DNA from: Aplysia californica
Taxonomy: Eukaryota
Assembly (NCBI RefSeq): GCF_000002075.1
Contig: NW_004797382.1
Coordinates: 94,072 to 158,071 of the forward strand
Reading direction: 5' to 3'
Length of the DNA: 64,000 nucleotides
Shown piece after piece: positions 61,994-64,000 of the stretch. The translations under genes and the position numbers were made by a program. A model generated the notes under the pieces. The model had not been told where the DNA came from. It made no database searches and saw only the letters and a program-made list of their open reading frames with translations. The stretch's first letter is position 1. Every line of letters starts with the position of its first letter.

Positions 61994-63556
61994 TTCCGAT
62001 AATGATGTGCAGATTAAGCTTGATATTTTACACACGGCGACACAGCGTTTTATTTAGCACTGGCGCTAATCGCAAAGTGGCGCTGCAAATATGCACTTCC
62101 TTCAAAAAAAGCTTTAGACTGGCTGATCCTCCAAAACTAAACTAGCATAACAATTTTGGAAAGATGTATGAAGTATTATCGTCTCACATAATTGGGGTGT
62201 GATGAGATGACAGTATGGCGAAATGACTGCCTTTGTAGATCAGTTTGCATGTTCAGTTTTTTAAATCAGTGAATCATATTATATCTGTATTATTTCAAAT
62301 TGTGATCCCATATTTTTCTCTTCTGTCTCTTCAGCACATGCTTTGCACTTTCCCTACATAGCCCCAGCCCAGCTCATTGGATTCCTTCTATACGTAACTA
62401 AAATAATAGTCGAAGTTCAAATAAGTTAAGAAGTACAAAACCACGCATATGTAAAGCTAAAGATCTGTAGAATGTTGTATGAAAAGGAAAAGAGACCGTG
62501 ATAATATGAAATAAGACAGCAATGGTTGTGAACATTGACCCAAAAAAGCTTAAAAATGTTACTTTTTTTACAAGGACTTCCTGCAGGTTAAACCTAGATC
62601 TAACTACATTCCAGTCATGAAGAAGATATCGTCGTCTAGCTCATACTCACTATCACTGTAATGATCCATCTTCTTCCTCAGATGCTTCTTGAAATATCAT
62701 GTCTAGTGCAGTATTTGCAGGCATGAGACGTGCTTTGGCCTACCAATTCTGGAATATCTATCGTTTCATTCGATAGAAAAACATCACCAAAATCGTCTTT
62801 AAGTTTAAGTAAAAGGGAAGAAACCAAATAAACATTTATACCTTCCATCATATCATTAGAGTCACATCCCTTACCAAATCCCTTTTTCTTCTGTAAAAAA
62901 AATTTGAAAGTTGAAACACACCGTTTGTACGTTCCGTGTTGAACAAATGTTCTCGTGACGCGCAGTGGTGTGCGCTGCGCGGAGAATGGTAAAGAAAGCT
63001 GGTGCACACGGGTGTGCATTTTGTAGGAAAGTGTTAACTTACTGGAGACTGGGCCTTTTTCGGGTCTACTGCGCTGAAGACTGGCATTTTTGGGGTTATT
63101 TCAACATTTCAAACAACACCCGTCCCAAAGTCATACAACCACCATTTTTACACACATAACAGATGTAAACATGCCCAATATGACACAAAAAACAGAAACA
63201 AACCACCAACAAACCCCCACCCCAAAAAATTTACCTTGAGTGTGTCTTTTATTGTGTTTTGTGTTTCAAAATGAATAAAAAGTCCAAACTCATGAATAGA
63301 CAGGTAATCGATATATAGGTAATCCTATGTATTTGCTATCTAAATCCACTTCAGTGTGAAAAAACAGGGCTAGACAAAGCGGAATTTTGCATTTGAAAGC
63401 CTAGTCTAGATCTAGAACACGGTATCAAAATCAGTGCTGTGATGCTCATTTACATTGAAATCAGGATCCCCATGGTCTAAAATATCATAATCAGAATTTT
63501 CTGAACTGTCAAAGTCGTCAAACACTTGAAAAATGTTTGCTTTTTCATGCTGCCAA

Positions 63557-63730
63557 GTGGGTGGTTGGAGGGTGCTCTGGTGTGGTTCGCTCCTTCTTTC
63601 CTATTAAACAACTCTCGTCGTGATCTCTCCTCCTTCTTTTTTGTGTTTGTTACTCTCTTGTGACACCTAATCTTCGGCACTTATATGATATTATTGTGTG
63701 GCAAGTGCCGTAAAACTCTTACTAAACCTG
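63557..63730 (+). mobile_element. Full-length family A SINE
   Basis: GTGGGTGGTTGG head to GGCACTT...AAGTGCCGTAAAACTCTTACTAAA tail. Confidence 0.85.
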
Positions 63731-64000
63731 AACGTGCAGCCGTCGTACTGACATGAGAACAGACATGTCAGAGAAACGAAAATAGGGCCTCAGTGTGACT
63801 AACTTTCCTTCTGGGTTGATAACTCAAAAAGTTTCTAGCCAATTCCGGTGAAACTTCGCCCGAAACGAAGCAAAGGCCGACTGCACAGTAAGAGACGGAT
63901 AACACTGCGTTTGCGCGTATACACTACTTTGCCAAGGAAAAAATGCGAAACTTGTGCTTGCAGGAGTTTCGTGAACCTCCTCTCGGGAAAATATTGGTGC

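Overview
Eukaryotic, AT-rich, intron-rich genomic DNA from a gapped draft assembly; an invertebrate, possibly a gastropod mollusc (weak inference from repeat content). The window is dominated by one minus-strand gene encoding translation initiation factor eIF4B. I read 18 coding exons with GT-AG boundaries and consistent phases (2145 nt, 714 aa if two probable cassette exons are included), from ATG at 54704 to TGA at 6504, with a 5'TOP/TCT-like start and a probable ~4.8 kb 3'UTR. The locus looks mis-assembled: 11364-21882 is repeated almost identically at 32264-42783, exons 4-5 and 13-14 are out of order, and a third copy of exons 8-10 (25488-29150) has variants that are patches matching other parts of the locus. 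The most interesting biological signal is a tandem array of three near-identical 144-nt box H/ACA RNA-like sequences in intron 10, sense to the host gene and far more conserved than their flanks. The rest is a modular SINE superfamily (shared 3' stem-loop with compensatory changes, all intronic copies sense to the host, several next to splice sites), non-autonomous DNA transposons including a Harbinger/MADF remnant, and simple repeats. Most ORFs in the supplied track are spurious.
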